Below are positions 51,348 to 62,199 of a stretch of 64,000 nt of DNA, piece by piece; position 1 is the stretch's first letter, and each line of letters opens with the position of its first letter. Origin of the DNA: an uncultured Rickettsiales bacterium (lineage in GTDB: Bacteria > Pseudomonadota > Alphaproteobacteria > Rickettsiales > SXRF01); the NCBI GenBank assembly GCA_964518725.1, contig CAZFKP010000014.1, positions 1,066 to 65,065 on the forward strand, in the 5' to 3' direction. The notes under the pieces were generated by a model that saw only the letters and a program-made list of their open reading frames with translations, made no database searches and was not told where the DNA came from. The position numbers and the translations under genes were made by a program.

Positions 51348-52851
51348 ATCCCCCGCCATCCACCCGGGGGTTGAGGATTTCAGGCATCGTTTCGACTCCG
51401 GAATGTCACAGCTGGTGTGGACGAGCGTGCCGGCCGACCTTGATACGCCCGTATCGGCCATGCTGCGGCTGATGCAGGGTGACGCCCCGTGCTTCCTGCT
51501 CGAATCCGTGGAAAAAGGCGAAATCCGTGGCCGCTATTCGGTCATCGGCCTAATGCCCGACCTGATCTGGCGCGCCCGCGGCAACACGTCGGAAATTTGC
51601 CGCCACGACACCGCAGATGCCGCACATTTCGTTCCTTGCGAGGGCGACACGCTTTCCGCTTTCCGTGCGCTTTACACCGAATCCAGTATCGATATTCCGC
51701 CCGAATTGCCGCCGATGGCGTCGGGGCTCGTCGGCTATATGGGATACGACATGGTGAAGCTGATGGAGCAATTACCCGACACCAAACCCGACCCGATCGG
51801 CATTCCCGACAGCTGTTTCATCCGCCCGAAAGTCATGGTGATTTTTGATGCCGTCACCGACAAAATTTTTATCGTCACCACCATCTGGGCAGACAAGCAC
51901 CGCACCGACGCCGGCGCGGCCTACACCGCCGCCAAGCAGCGGCTACACTACGTGCTCGACCGCTTAAGCGCTCCGGTACCGGTGCCGGGGCATACGGTGC
52001 ATCACCCGGTGAAGCTTGAGGATTTTAAATCGAACACCACGCGGCGCGATTATGACAACATGATCGATCGCGCCAAAGAACATATCCTCGCCGGGGATAT
52101 TTTCCAGGTCGTGCTCTCGCAGCGATTTTCAGCCCCATTTACCCTGCCGCCCTTTTCACTCTACCGGGCATTGCGGCAACTCAACCCATCGCCATTCCTA
52201 TTCTACCTCAACATGGGTGATTTCCAGCTCGTGGGTTCCAGCCCGGAAATCCTGGTACGGCTGCGTGACGGCGAAGTGACCATTCGCCCGATTGCCGGCA
52301 CACGCAAACGCGGGCGTGACCGTGCCGAGGACGAACAGCTCGCCAAAGACCTGCTTTCCGACCCCAAGGAACTTTCCGAGCATCTGATGCTGCTCGACCT
52401 TGGCCGCAACGATGTCGGCCGCGTCGCAAAAACCGGCACAGTGAAAACCACCCAGCACATGACCATCGAAAACTACAGCCACGTCATGCACATTGTTTCC
52501 AACGTCATCGGTGAACTCGACCCGAAATATGACGCGCTCTCGGCACTCATCGCCGGATTCCCGGCAGGCACGGTGAGCGGTGCCCCGAAAATCCGCGCCA
52601 TGGAAATCATCGACGATCTGGAGGCAGAGCGCCGCAGTTTCTACGCCGGGTGCATCGGTTATTTCTCTGGCAATGGTAATATGGACACCGCCATCACCTT
52701 GCGTACCGGCCTCGTCAAGGCCGGGAAACTCTACGTGCAGGCCGGCGGCGGAATTGTCGCCGAAAGCAACGCCGAGGACGAATACCAGGAATCGCTCAAC
52801 AAGGCGAAGGCGCTGATGCGCGCCGCCGAAGAAGCCATAGGGTTTGTATGA
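51334..52851 (+). CDS. trpE: anthranilate synthase component I
   Basis: GDIFQVVLSQRF and the chorismate-binding C-domain (GAPKIRAMEII, YAGCIGYF). Start taken at ATG 51334. Confidence 0.95.
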   Translation: MLPVKSPAIHPGVEDFRHRFDSGMSQLVWTSVPADLDTPVSAMLRLMQGDAPCFLLESVEKGEIRGRYSVIGLMPDLIWRARGNTSEICRHDTADAAHFVPCEGDTLSAFRALYTESSIDIPPELPPMASGLVGYMGYDMVKLMEQLPDTKPDPIGIPDSCFIRPKVMVIFDAVTDKIFIVTTIWADKHRTDAGAAYTAAKQRLHYVLDRLSAPVPVPGHTVHHPVKLEDFKSNTTRRDYDNMIDRAKEHILAGDIFQVVLSQRFSAPFTLPPFSLYRALRQLNPSPFLFYLNMGDFQLVGSSPEILVRLRDGEVTIRPIAGTRKRGRDRAEDEQLAKDLLSDPKELSEHLMLLDLGRNDVGRVAKTGTVKTTQHMTIENYSHVMHIVSNVIGELDPKYDALSALIAGFPAGTVSGAPKIRAMEIIDDLEAERRSFYAGCIGYFSGNGNMDTAITLRTGLVKAGKLYVQAGGGIVAESNAEDEYQESLNKAKALMRAAEEAIGFV

Positions 52852-53420
52852 ACATCATCCTCCTCGATAATTATGACTCCTTCACCTACAACCTCGTCCA
52901 TTACCTTGGCGAGCTCGGGGCACAGGTGGAAGTGATCCGCAATGATGCCATCACCGCCGAGGCGCTGGTCGCAAAAAAACCGCACGGCATTGTGATTTCT
53001 CCCGGTCCCGGCACGCCACAAGAGTCGGGAATCTGCCTCGACCTTATCAAACAAGCTTCCGGTACCATCCCGATTTTTGGCGTCTGCCTCGGCCTGCAGG
53101 CCATGGGCGTTGCCTTTGGCGGCAAGGTGATCCGCGCACCGCAACCGATGCACGGAAAAGTCAGCGCCATCTACCACGAAGGCCGCAGCGTATTCAAAGG
53201 CCTGCCGATCCCATTCAACGCCACCCGCTACCACTCGCTGATCGTCGATCGCGGCAGCCTGCCCGAATGCCTCGAAGTCACCGCCGTCACCGCCGATGAC
53301 GGGCTGATCATGGGGCTTGCCCATAAAACCCACAACACCCACAGCGTGCAGTTCCACCCGGAATCCATCGCCTCCGAACATGGGCACCAACTCATCAAAA
53401 ACTTCCTGAATGGGTTATGA
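52848..53420 (+). CDS. trpG: anthranilate synthase component II (glutamine amidotransferase)
   Basis: 190 aa with GVCLGLQ nucleophile elbow and HPES. ATGA overlap with trpE. Confidence 0.95.
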   Translation: MNIILLDNYDSFTYNLVHYLGELGAQVEVIRNDAITAEALVAKKPHGIVISPGPGTPQESGICLDLIKQASGTIPIFGVCLGLQAMGVAFGGKVIRAPQPMHGKVSAIYHEGRSVFKGLPIPFNATRYHSLIVDRGSLPECLEVTAVTADDGLIMGLAHKTHNTHSVQFHPESIASEHGHQLIKNFLNGL

Positions 53421-54439
53421 CCGAACCGCTCCCACTCGCACTTGGATTGCTGGCCGAGCGGAAAAACCTGCCGCGTGAACTGGCCGAGCGCGTGCTCCAG
53501 ATCATGATGAATGGCGGCGCCACCCCGGCACAGATGGCCGCCATCCTGATGGGACTACGCATCAAAGGCGAAACCGTGGAAGAGATCGTCGCCGGCGCGA
53601 CCGTGTTACGCGCCAAGGCGGTGAAAATCACCGCACCGGAAGGCACCATCGACACGTGCGGCACCGGTGGCGACGGGCGCGGCACGTACAATATCTCCAC
53701 CGCTACCGCCATCGTGCTCGCTGCTTGTGGCGTGCCGGTCGCCAAGCATGGCAACCGCTCGGTCTCGTCCAAATCCGGCTCGGCCGATGTGCTGGAAATG
53801 CTTGGCGTCAAGCTCGACGCATCCATTCCGGCACTGGAACAATGCCTGAAGGAGCTTGGCATCACCTTCCTGATGGCGCCGAAATTCCACGCCGCCATGC
53901 GCCATGTCGCCCCCATCCGGCAGGAACTTGGGCTGCGAACCATTTTTAATGTGCTGGGGCCGCTCTCCAACCCGGCAAAACCGGATTTCCAGCTGCTCGG
54001 CGTCTACGACAAGGCGCTCACCGAACCGCTCGCCCACGTGCTGCGTACCCTCGGCACCAAAGCAGCATGGGTGGTGCATGGGCATGATGGGCTTGATGAA
54101 CTGACACTCACCGGAAAAAGTTTTGTCAGTGAATTAAAAGACGGCACGGTGCGGAATTTTGAAGTGTCGCCGGAAGATGCGGGTCTTCCCACCGCCCTGC
54201 TGGAGGATCTGAAAGGTGGCGATGCCAGCGCCAACGCCAGTGCCCTCGAACACGCGCTGTCGGGCATGGAAAGCGCCTATAAAAACGCGGTGATGTATAA
54301 TGCCGCCGCCGGGCTGGTGATTGCCGGAAAAAGCGCCACCCTGCGAGATGGCGCCGCCCGCGCCCGCAGCGCCATTGACGACGGTCATGCCTTCCGCATC
54401 CTGAAACAATGGGCAATGTTAAGCCATGCCAGCGCCTAG
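53417..54439 (+). CDS. trpD: anthranilate phosphoribosyltransferase
   Basis: 340 aa with DTCGTGGDG and KHGNRSVSS motifs. 4-nt overlap with trpG. Confidence 0.95.
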   Translation: MTEPLPLALGLLAERKNLPRELAERVLQIMMNGGATPAQMAAILMGLRIKGETVEEIVAGATVLRAKAVKITAPEGTIDTCGTGGDGRGTYNISTATAIVLAACGVPVAKHGNRSVSSKSGSADVLEMLGVKLDASIPALEQCLKELGITFLMAPKFHAAMRHVAPIRQELGLRTIFNVLGPLSNPAKPDFQLLGVYDKALTEPLAHVLRTLGTKAAWVVHGHDGLDELTLTGKSFVSELKDGTVRNFEVSPEDAGLPTALLEDLKGGDASANASALEHALSGMESAYKNAVMYNAAAGLVIAGKSATLRDGAARARSAIDDGHAFRILKQWAMLSHASA

Positions 54440-54531
54440 CTAGGCACCCATTGTAATAAAACCTTAACACACGTTAGTTGGAATGTGCATTATAGTGGAA
54501 TCCGCTGTTCCCAATATAGATGGAGCTTTTT

Positions 54532-55782
54532 ATGACTGAAACCATCGATCAGAAATACATCGCTGCCTTTGAAGGCATCCTCACCGCCGATGAGTTGGCA
54601 CGGGCGGCAACCGAGCCAGGTGAATTTTCCCGTGACCTGCCTCCGCTGAAACACGTCCCCGGGCTGGTGCGCCATACCATCGGGTGGTTGCCTGAGAACG
54701 CAAAATTAGGTCTTATTGCCAGTGGAGTAAAGGCCGCCGACAAACAAGGTCGCAACCTGAGCGATGTAGTGGGTAACGTGTTTGATCCCACAACGCATAA
54801 ATCCTACCAAAATCAACCGGACACCGATGATAAACAGGACTACACCACCAAGTTAAATTACCAGAGTTTTGTGCTGTCAGACGACGGCAACAAACTTCAA
54901 CGCACCAGCGCACAGCAGATAAGCGAACTGTTCCCCAAGGGCGAGAAAGATTCATGGCCGACGTTGGTGCTGGTTTCCAATAGCAACCTCGCATCACCGC
55001 AACTGTTCTTCGATAGTTTTCAGGCGGCACAGCAAGTGATCCCCGCGGTCACTGACACCGCCGATAATATCGTGGTCACAGGCGCCTATTTCAGTCAGCG
55101 CCACCTGCACGCCAATGCGCTCGATACCCAGACACGTTACCGCGAGCTTGGCCTTAACCCACAAAGCATGGAGAAATTATCTCCTGCCGCTGAAATACAG
55201 GCCTACCAGCTACTCGACCTGCTGCTGGAACGCGATGCCAGTGGCGCAGTCATGACGGCAGACAATAAACCCGTCCTACGCGCCGATGCCGCCGAAGTGC
55301 TGAAACACGTCGTAGGCTATGGCTACAGCGCCGCGCACATGACCAATAAAGATGCATTTCGCGCCCTCCGCGACGTGCTGACCAGCGGTGATGTACAGGT
55401 ACAGGTGCGCGAGGATGGCGAACTGATCACGCGAGAGGCATCCGCTGCCGACGCCACCCGGCTGATTTCCAATGCACGACTGATAGGTGTGGCCGGACTC
55501 GACGCCATGGCGATCGGGCAGGAAAAAGGCATGCCCAGAGAAGTAGACTTCGTTTCCCCCAATGATTTTTCAATGTCACTCAACGGGCCGAAATTTTTCA
55601 ACGCCCCGAATGTCATTGCGCTCTCACCGAAAGGGGTGGATGGACGAACCATCGGGGATGCTATCGGTGGCCATGCCCAAGCAACCTATGTTGAAGCCCT
55701 ACTCGGTAGCACCAACAGCGCCCAACGGGAGCAAGCGCAAGCCAAACTGAACAGCACGGGCGTCGGAATTGGTGGGGGGTGA
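54532..55782 (+). CDS. hypothetical protein (orphan between trpD and tRNA)
   Basis: Track ORF is 54520..55782. I prefer ATG 54532 (GGAG with a 6-nt spacer). No signal peptide, no TM segment and no recognised domain. The alternating strand/helix feel and the VVGYGYSAAHM segment only loosely resemble a nucleophile elbow. Confidence 0.6.
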   Translation: MTETIDQKYIAAFEGILTADELARAATEPGEFSRDLPPLKHVPGLVRHTIGWLPENAKLGLIASGVKAADKQGRNLSDVVGNVFDPTTHKSYQNQPDTDDKQDYTTKLNYQSFVLSDDGNKLQRTSAQQISELFPKGEKDSWPTLVLVSNSNLASPQLFFDSFQAAQQVIPAVTDTADNIVVTGAYFSQRHLHANALDTQTRYRELGLNPQSMEKLSPAAEIQAYQLLDLLLERDASGAVMTADNKPVLRADAAEVLKHVVGYGYSAAHMTNKDAFRALRDVLTSGDVQVQVREDGELITREASAADATRLISNARLIGVAGLDAMAIGQEKGMPREVDFVSPNDFSMSLNGPKFFNAPNVIALSPKGVDGRTIGDAIGGHAQATYVEALLGSTNSAQREQAQAKLNSTGVGIGGG

Positions 55783-55892
55783 GGAAATTGATTCGCGTTG
55801 TTTTAACAACGCTCACCCTGCGGGCGTTTGCGTAATGCAAACGTCCACCGCCCTTCCGGGTCGGCGTGAACCTTGTTCTGCGTCCCTCACAA

Positions 55893-55933
55893 CCACTACC
55901 CAGCCCCGGGGTTTACCCGGGGCTGGGTAGTGG
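55893..55933. terminator. perfect 18-bp stem / 5-nt loop hairpin overlapping the tRNA 3' CCA
   Basis: CCACTACCCAGCCCCGGG (55893-55910), gttta, CCCGGGGCTGGGTAGTGG (55916-55933). All 18 positions are Watson-Crick. It could act as terminator for the minus-strand tRNA, the plus-strand orphan gene, or both, although only a weak T-tract follows. Confidence 0.6.
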
Positions 55934-56006
55934 TGGGGGGTGAGGGACTTGAACCCACGACCAAGGCGTTATGAGCGCCCTGCTCTAACCGCTGAGCTAA
56001 CCCCCC
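55931..56006 (-). tRNA. tRNA with CAT anticodon (elongator Met or lysidine-modified Ile2), CCA encoded
   Basis: The reverse complement folds as a cloverleaf: acceptor GGGGGGT/ACCCCCC, D-arm GCTC..GAGC, anticodon loop CTCATAA, T-loop TTCAAGT (one U-U in the T-stem). G1-C72 is paired, so it is not an initiator. Confidence 0.85.
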
Positions 56007-56068
56007 GTTATTATATATCAATGGGTTGCAGGTTTCACGGTTGACCGTTTCACCCCACAAACACGCAT

Positions 56069-56091
56069 TTTAGGACACAATTTAGGACACA
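56069..56091. repeat. tandem direct repeat TTTAGGACACA x2 (period 12)
   Basis: Copies at 56069-56079 and 56081-56091, ~65 nt upstream of the tRNA 5' end in an AT-rich 314-nt spacer. TACCAGCATT is also repeated, at 56093 and 56134. Confidence 0.8.
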
Positions 56092-56320
56092 CTACCAGCA
56101 TTCTATACTGATTCAATGACCTTATAGGAAGCGTACCAGCATTTTTACAACATAAGTAAGCATCTTAAGGGCGGTGGTGGGTAAACTTGATCGGCAAAGG
56201 TTAGCAGCTTGGTTTTCAACTATTTTTGCTTAAAATCAGCTATTCCCACTATTTTACTTGAAATCGGCCTTCTCATAAGCTAATCACCTACCCCTCAAAC
56301 GACAAACCAGCGAGCATGTT

Positions 56321-56590
56321 ATGAAACAAGGCATTCACCCGGAATATCACAAAATCTTCGTCCAGATGTCGGATGGCTTCAAATATGAAAGCCGCTCCAC
56401 CTGGGGCAAAGAAGGCGATACGATGATCCTTGACGTCGATCCGAAAACTCACCCGGCATGGGTCGGCGGCATCAACCTGCGTAAAACCGGGCAGATGGAA
56501 AAATTCGCCAACAAGTTCGGCAGCTTCGGCGCAGTCAAAACGTCAGCACAACAAAGCGATAAAAAAGAAGACAAAAAAGACAGCAACTAG
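56321..56590 (+). CDS. rpmE: 50S ribosomal protein L31 (non-zinc type, with K/D-rich tail)
   Basis: [12 protein letters not shown].. is an L31 signature. No CxxC pair is present. Confidence 0.9.
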   Translation: MKQGIHPEYHKIFVQMSDGFKYESRSTWGKEGDTMILDVDPKTHPAWVGGINLRKTGQMEKFANKFGSFGAVKTSAQQSDKKEDKKDSN

Positions 56591-56595
56591 TTGCT

Positions 56596-58530
56596 GTGGC
56601 GCCCTCGCTTCAATATCGCAAAGATATTGATGGGCTGCGAGCGGTTGCAATTGTCTCGGTACTCCTCCACCACCTGCACGATGCCTGGATGCCCGGCGGC
56701 TACCTTGGCGTTGATATTTTCTTCGTCATTTCCGGCTACCTCCTGGGCAGCCTGTTGCTTACAGAACTGAACCAGACCGGGCGCATTGATTTCGTCGGAT
56801 TCTACCTGCGGCGCATCCGTCGGATTCTGCCCGCAAGCCTCCTGGTTACGGCCTCTGCCCTTGCATTCGGCATAATCGTGCTTCAACCCGATCCGCTGAT
56901 ACATCTCGGAAAGTCGGTGACAGCAAATCTCCTTTTCTACTCCAACTATTTTTTTGCCCTCCAGCGCGATGATTATTTCGCCGCCCAAAAAGAAACCTAC
57001 CCACTGCTCCATAGTTGGTCATTATCGGTGGAAGAACAATTCTACATTCTGCTGCCCGCATTCCTGCTCCTCTGCTTTCAATACAAAAAGTCCCTTACCG
57101 CCGCCCTCACTATCCTGATTATATCCTCTCTCGCCTTCCAGTTCTGGATCGAACAGTCGCGCCCGGAAGCAGCCTTCTTCTGGCTTCCCTCGCGCTTCTG
57201 GGAGCTAGCCATCGGCGTGCTGGTTGCGGCACGCCCGATAGCGGGTTGTTCCCAGCGCGGCACAGCAGAGTTGGCTAGCCTGCTCTGCACGGCAGCATTG
57301 GCGGCGGCCTTTATCCTTGGCGCCGAACAAAACGCCCTGCTGCAAGTAAGTGCCCTGATCGCCTGCCTGGCTACCGCAGGCCTCATCAATATCGGAGCGA
57401 CGACGACCACAACCATTCACCGCCTGCTTTCACACCGCCTCCCCGTGGGCATCGGGCTTATTTCTTATTCGCTCTATCTCTGGCACTGGCCGCTACTGGA
57501 ATATTGGCAACACATGACCAAGACAACTCCGCCAGCCGAGCAACTTGCTGCCTATAGCGTTCTGTGCGTCGCCCTGGCATGGGCAACATGGAAATGGGTG
57601 GAGCAGCCCTGCAGGAACCGGGCGATGGTGCCAACCAGACGCCTGCTGGTAATGCTCGCAGCAACGCTTTTGATAGTCGGTGCCATCACGTGGCGGGTCA
57701 CACGCGATGGCCTGCCTGAACGCCTTCAAACCACCTTTGCCAACGATAAAACGCGCCACATCCTTACCCGTCAGGGCACATGTTTTATCAGCAAGAATCA
57801 GGGTTTTAAGGATATCGCCGAGGAATGCATTGATACTAAGAAAGGCGCGCTTAACGTACTGCTCTACGGTGATAGCTATGCCGCATATTACTACCCCGGC
57901 TTGAAGAAAATTGTGGGAACAACAAACAATATTCACCTATCACAAATTACAGCGAGTGGTTGCTCACCCTACTGGGATTTCAGCACCGGAAACAGGCCTA
58001 ATTGCATCGACTTCAACCGCAAAGTCGTAGGACTGATTAATACGAACAAGTTCGACGTGGTGCTGGTCACCGGCAACTGGTCGTCGGCCAAGGGCACAAG
58101 CACTGAAGAACGCGTCGAACTCTTATACCAACTGCTGTCGAATACCCGCGCCGACAAAACGGAAGTGTTGGTGCTTGGTCAGGCCGTTGGCTACCAACAA
58201 GACCTAACCGACACCGAGCCACTCCAGACCAAGGGGTTCATGTGGGTTCACCAGCTCCTGTTTGATGCGGATATTCCACAACCAACGCCACAGGAAACAA
58301 CACCTGTCATCAATGCCATGATCGCACAAAAACTGGCGGGATCACGCTTCCGCTTTGTGGATACGCAGACAGCGCTCTGCAGTGAACGGCGCTGCCTGTA
58401 CATGACCCCGGACGGACAACTCCTAAGCACCGACAAAGGACACCTGACCGAAGCCGGCGCCGCTTACATCGTCGGCAAAACAGTGCTGCCGCTATTACAG
58501 GAAAAACAACGGGCAACTCGCAAACACTAG
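56596..58530 (+). CDS. acyltransferase-3 family membrane O-acyltransferase with C-terminal SGNH domain (OafA/YrhL-like)
   Basis: DIDGLRAVAIVSVLLHHL and ~10 TM helices, then a soluble domain with LLYGDSYA (GDS block). GTG start lies 5 nt after the rpmE stop. The C-terminal half is visibly AT-richer. Confidence 0.82.
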   Translation: MAPSLQYRKDIDGLRAVAIVSVLLHHLHDAWMPGGYLGVDIFFVISGYLLGSLLLTELNQTGRIDFVGFYLRRIRRILPASLLVTASALAFGIIVLQPDPLIHLGKSVTANLLFYSNYFFALQRDDYFAAQKETYPLLHSWSLSVEEQFYILLPAFLLLCFQYKKSLTAALTILIISSLAFQFWIEQSRPEAAFFWLPSRFWELAIGVLVAARPIAGCSQRGTAELASLLCTAALAAAFILGAEQNALLQVSALIACLATAGLINIGATTTTTIHRLLSHRLPVGIGLISYSLYLWHWPLLEYWQHMTKTTPPAEQLAAYSVLCVALAWATWKWVEQPCRNRAMVPTRRLLVMLAATLLIVGAITWRVTRDGLPERLQTTFANDKTRHILTRQGTCFISKNQGFKDIAEECIDTKKGALNVLLYGDSYAAYYYPGLKKIVGTTNNIHLSQITASGCSPYWDFSTGNRPNCIDFNRKVVGLINTNKFDVVLVTGNWSSAKGTSTEERVELLYQLLSNTRADKTEVLVLGQAVGYQQDLTDTEPLQTKGFMWVHQLLFDADIPQPTPQETTPVINAMIAQKLAGSRFRFVDTQTALCSERRCLYMTPDGQLLSTDKGHLTEAGAAYIVGKTVLPLLQEKQRATRKH

Positions 58531-58811
58531 GCGGTTCTTACCTTGCACAGCCCCTCGAGCAGCGCCTTGCGTAGCAGGTAGGTGTTGAGGGCTTTTTCGA
58601 GCTCCGGCCAGGAAAGGCCGTGCTCGCCGTCGAATTGTTCGCTGGCAATCTTAAACACCGCCATCGCTTCTTCATCGGTAATTTTTGGCAGATCCGATTG
58701 CTCGCAGATAAAATGAACATCCTCAATGTGCCAGAGGCTGTCGACGAAGTAGCCGGAATTCCTCAACAATTCCCTCGCCGCCTCAATCATTTTTGTGGAA
58801 TGTGTGGTCAT
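58527..58811 (-). CDS. small hypothetical cytoplasmic protein divergent from dnaK
   Basis: Track ORF is 58527..58847. Start taken at MTTHSTKMIEAAREL (ATG 58811). No domain recognised. Its stop shares CTAG with the acyltransferase stop. Confidence 0.5.
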   Translation of the reverse strand: MTTHSTKMIEAARELLRNSGYFVDSLWHIEDVHFICEQSDLPKITDEEAMAVFKIASEQFDGEHGLSWPELEKALNTYLLRKALLEGLCKVRTA

Positions 58812-58916
58812 AATGTTAGTTATTTCCCCCGAAATAATAATGTACAATCATTAATGAAGGTTAATAGCTAATAAATAGTTAAATTTTTAATCTTTGCGTG
58901 AATTATTTTGGGAGCC

Positions 58917-58944
58917 CTTGAAATACAAAATGGCGGGATTATAT
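58917..58944 (+). promoter_or_regulatory. putative RpoH (sigma32)-type heat-shock promoter of dnaK
   Basis: CTTGAAA (58917-23), then a 17-nt spacer counted from CTTG, then ATTATAT (58938-44). This is close to the alphaproteobacterial consensus CTTG-N17/18-CYTATNT and lies ~85 nt upstream of the dnaK ATG. Confidence 0.55.
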
Positions 58945-59028
58945 CACCCTCATCCCCAAAACGTAACCGATCCCACGTCAGAAGGTTCTGAAGCGGGCGG
59001 ATTATGATAGAAACATCAAGGAGTCACT

Positions 59029-60975
<1,947 letters not shown>

Positions 60976-60984
60976 TTAGTGCTA

Positions 60985-61042
60985 GTGTGAGCGCGAGTGT
61001 GAGTGTAAAAGCTCATATTCGTTCTCACACTTACGCTTACAC
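60985..61042 (+). other. long dnaK-dnaJ intercistronic hairpin
   Basis: GTGTGAGCGCGAGTGTGAG (60985-61003) pairs with CTCACACTTACGCTTACAC (61024-61042): 16 Watson-Crick pairs, 2 G-U and 1 C-A over 19 positions, with a 20-nt loop. It ends 5 nt before the dnaJ ATG. Confidence 0.7.
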
Positions 61043-61047
61043 TTCCT

Positions 61048-62199
61048 ATGTCCAAACGCGATTTTTATGAAATTCTAGGCGTGTCCAAAACCGCCAGTGA
61101 CGATGAGCTGAAAAAAGCTTATCGCAAGCTTGCCATGCAACTCCATCCCGACCGAAACCCCGGCGACAAGAAAGCAGAAGAGCAGTTCAAGGAAGCAAGC
61201 CACGCCTACGACATCCTCTCCGACCCGCAAAAACGGGCAGCCTATGACCGCATGGGACATGCAGCCTTTGAGGGCGGCATGGGTGGTGGCAGTGCCGGAG
61301 CGGGCGGGTTCGATTTCTCCGGCAGCTTCTCCGACATTTTCGAGGATCTGTTCGGCGGCGCCTTCGGCAGTGGCGGTGGCAGACAACGCGGCGGCCCACA
61401 GGCACAACGCGGCGCCGACCTACGTTATAATCTGCAAATCTCGCTCGAGGACGCTTTCAAAGGCAAACAAGAATCCATCCGCGTCACCACCTCGGTTGCG
61501 TGTGAAACCTGCAGCGGCAGCGGCGCGGAAAAAGGCTCGAAACCCGAAATGTGCGGAACCTGCGGCGGCGTCGGCCGCGTAAGGGCAAGCCAGGGATTCT
61601 TCACCGTCGAACGCACCTGCGCCAGCTGCCAGGGCAGCGGCAAAGTCATCAAAAACCCCTGCCGCAGTTGTGCCGGCACCGGCCGCACCCGCAAGGAAAA
61701 AACCCTGTCGGTCAATGTCCCGGCCGGCGTGGAGGAAGGCACGCGCATCCGCCTCGCCGGCGAAGGCGAAGCCGGCGGCCGTGGCGGACCATCGGGCGAT
61801 CTGTATATTTTCCTGTCGGTCAAGCAACATCCGATTTTCGAGCGCGACGGGGCAGACATCCACTGTCACGTGCCCATTAAAATGACCACCGCCATCCTGG
61901 GCGGCAGTATCGAAGTGCCGACGATTGACGGCAGTCGGGTAAAAGTCGCCATCCCCGAAGGCACGCAGGGCGGCCACCGCTTCCGGGTCAAAGGCAAAGG
62001 CATGAGCGTGCTGAAAAGCAGCCACCGCGGCGATATGTACCTGCACGCCCAGATCGAAACCCCAACCAAACTCACTAAAAAACAAAAAGACCTGCTCAAA
62101 GAATTCGATAAAGAAGATGGCGACAGCCACACCAGCCCACAAACCGAGAAATTCTTCTCGAAAATGAAAGAGTTCTGGGGTGGCGGAGCCACCTCGTGA
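61048..62199 (+). CDS. dnaJ: molecular chaperone DnaJ
   Basis: J-domain [10 protein letters not shown] region, and four CxxCxGxG zinc-finger repeats. Confidence 0.98.
   Translation: MSKRDFYEILGVSKTASDDELKKAYRKLAMQLHPDRNPGDKKAEEQFKEASHAYDILSDPQKRAAYDRMGHAAFEGGMGGGSAGAGGFDFSGSFSDIFEDLFGGAFGSGGGRQRGGPQAQRGADLRYNLQISLEDAFKGKQESIRVTTSVACETCSGSGAEKGSKPEMCGTCGGVGRVRASQGFFTVERTCASCQGSGKVIKNPCRSCAGTGRTRKEKTLSVNVPAGVEEGTRIRLAGEGEAGGRGGPSGDLYIFLSVKQHPIFERDGADIHCHVPIKMTTAILGGSIEVPTIDGSRVKVAIPEGTQGGHRFRVKGKGMSVLKSSHRGDMYLHAQIETPTKLTKKQKDLLKEFDKEDGDSHTSPQTEKFFSKMKEFWGGGATS

Noticed and set aside
55931-56006. Possibility that the tRNA(CAT) is the initiator tRNA-fMet.
   Set aside because: Positions 1 and 72 form a G-C pair, and the anticodon stem (GGGCG/CGCCT) lacks the three consecutive G-C pairs adjacent to the loop. 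It is therefore an elongator Met or Ile2. I cannot discriminate between those two by eye.
54440-56320. A bona fide integrated genomic island at the tRNA(CAT) 3' end.
   Set aside because: There is no integrase, excisionase or other mobility gene. I could find no direct repeat of the tRNA 3' end in the window, only an inverted partial copy. I keep it as a hairpin or scar observation, not as a mobile-element call.
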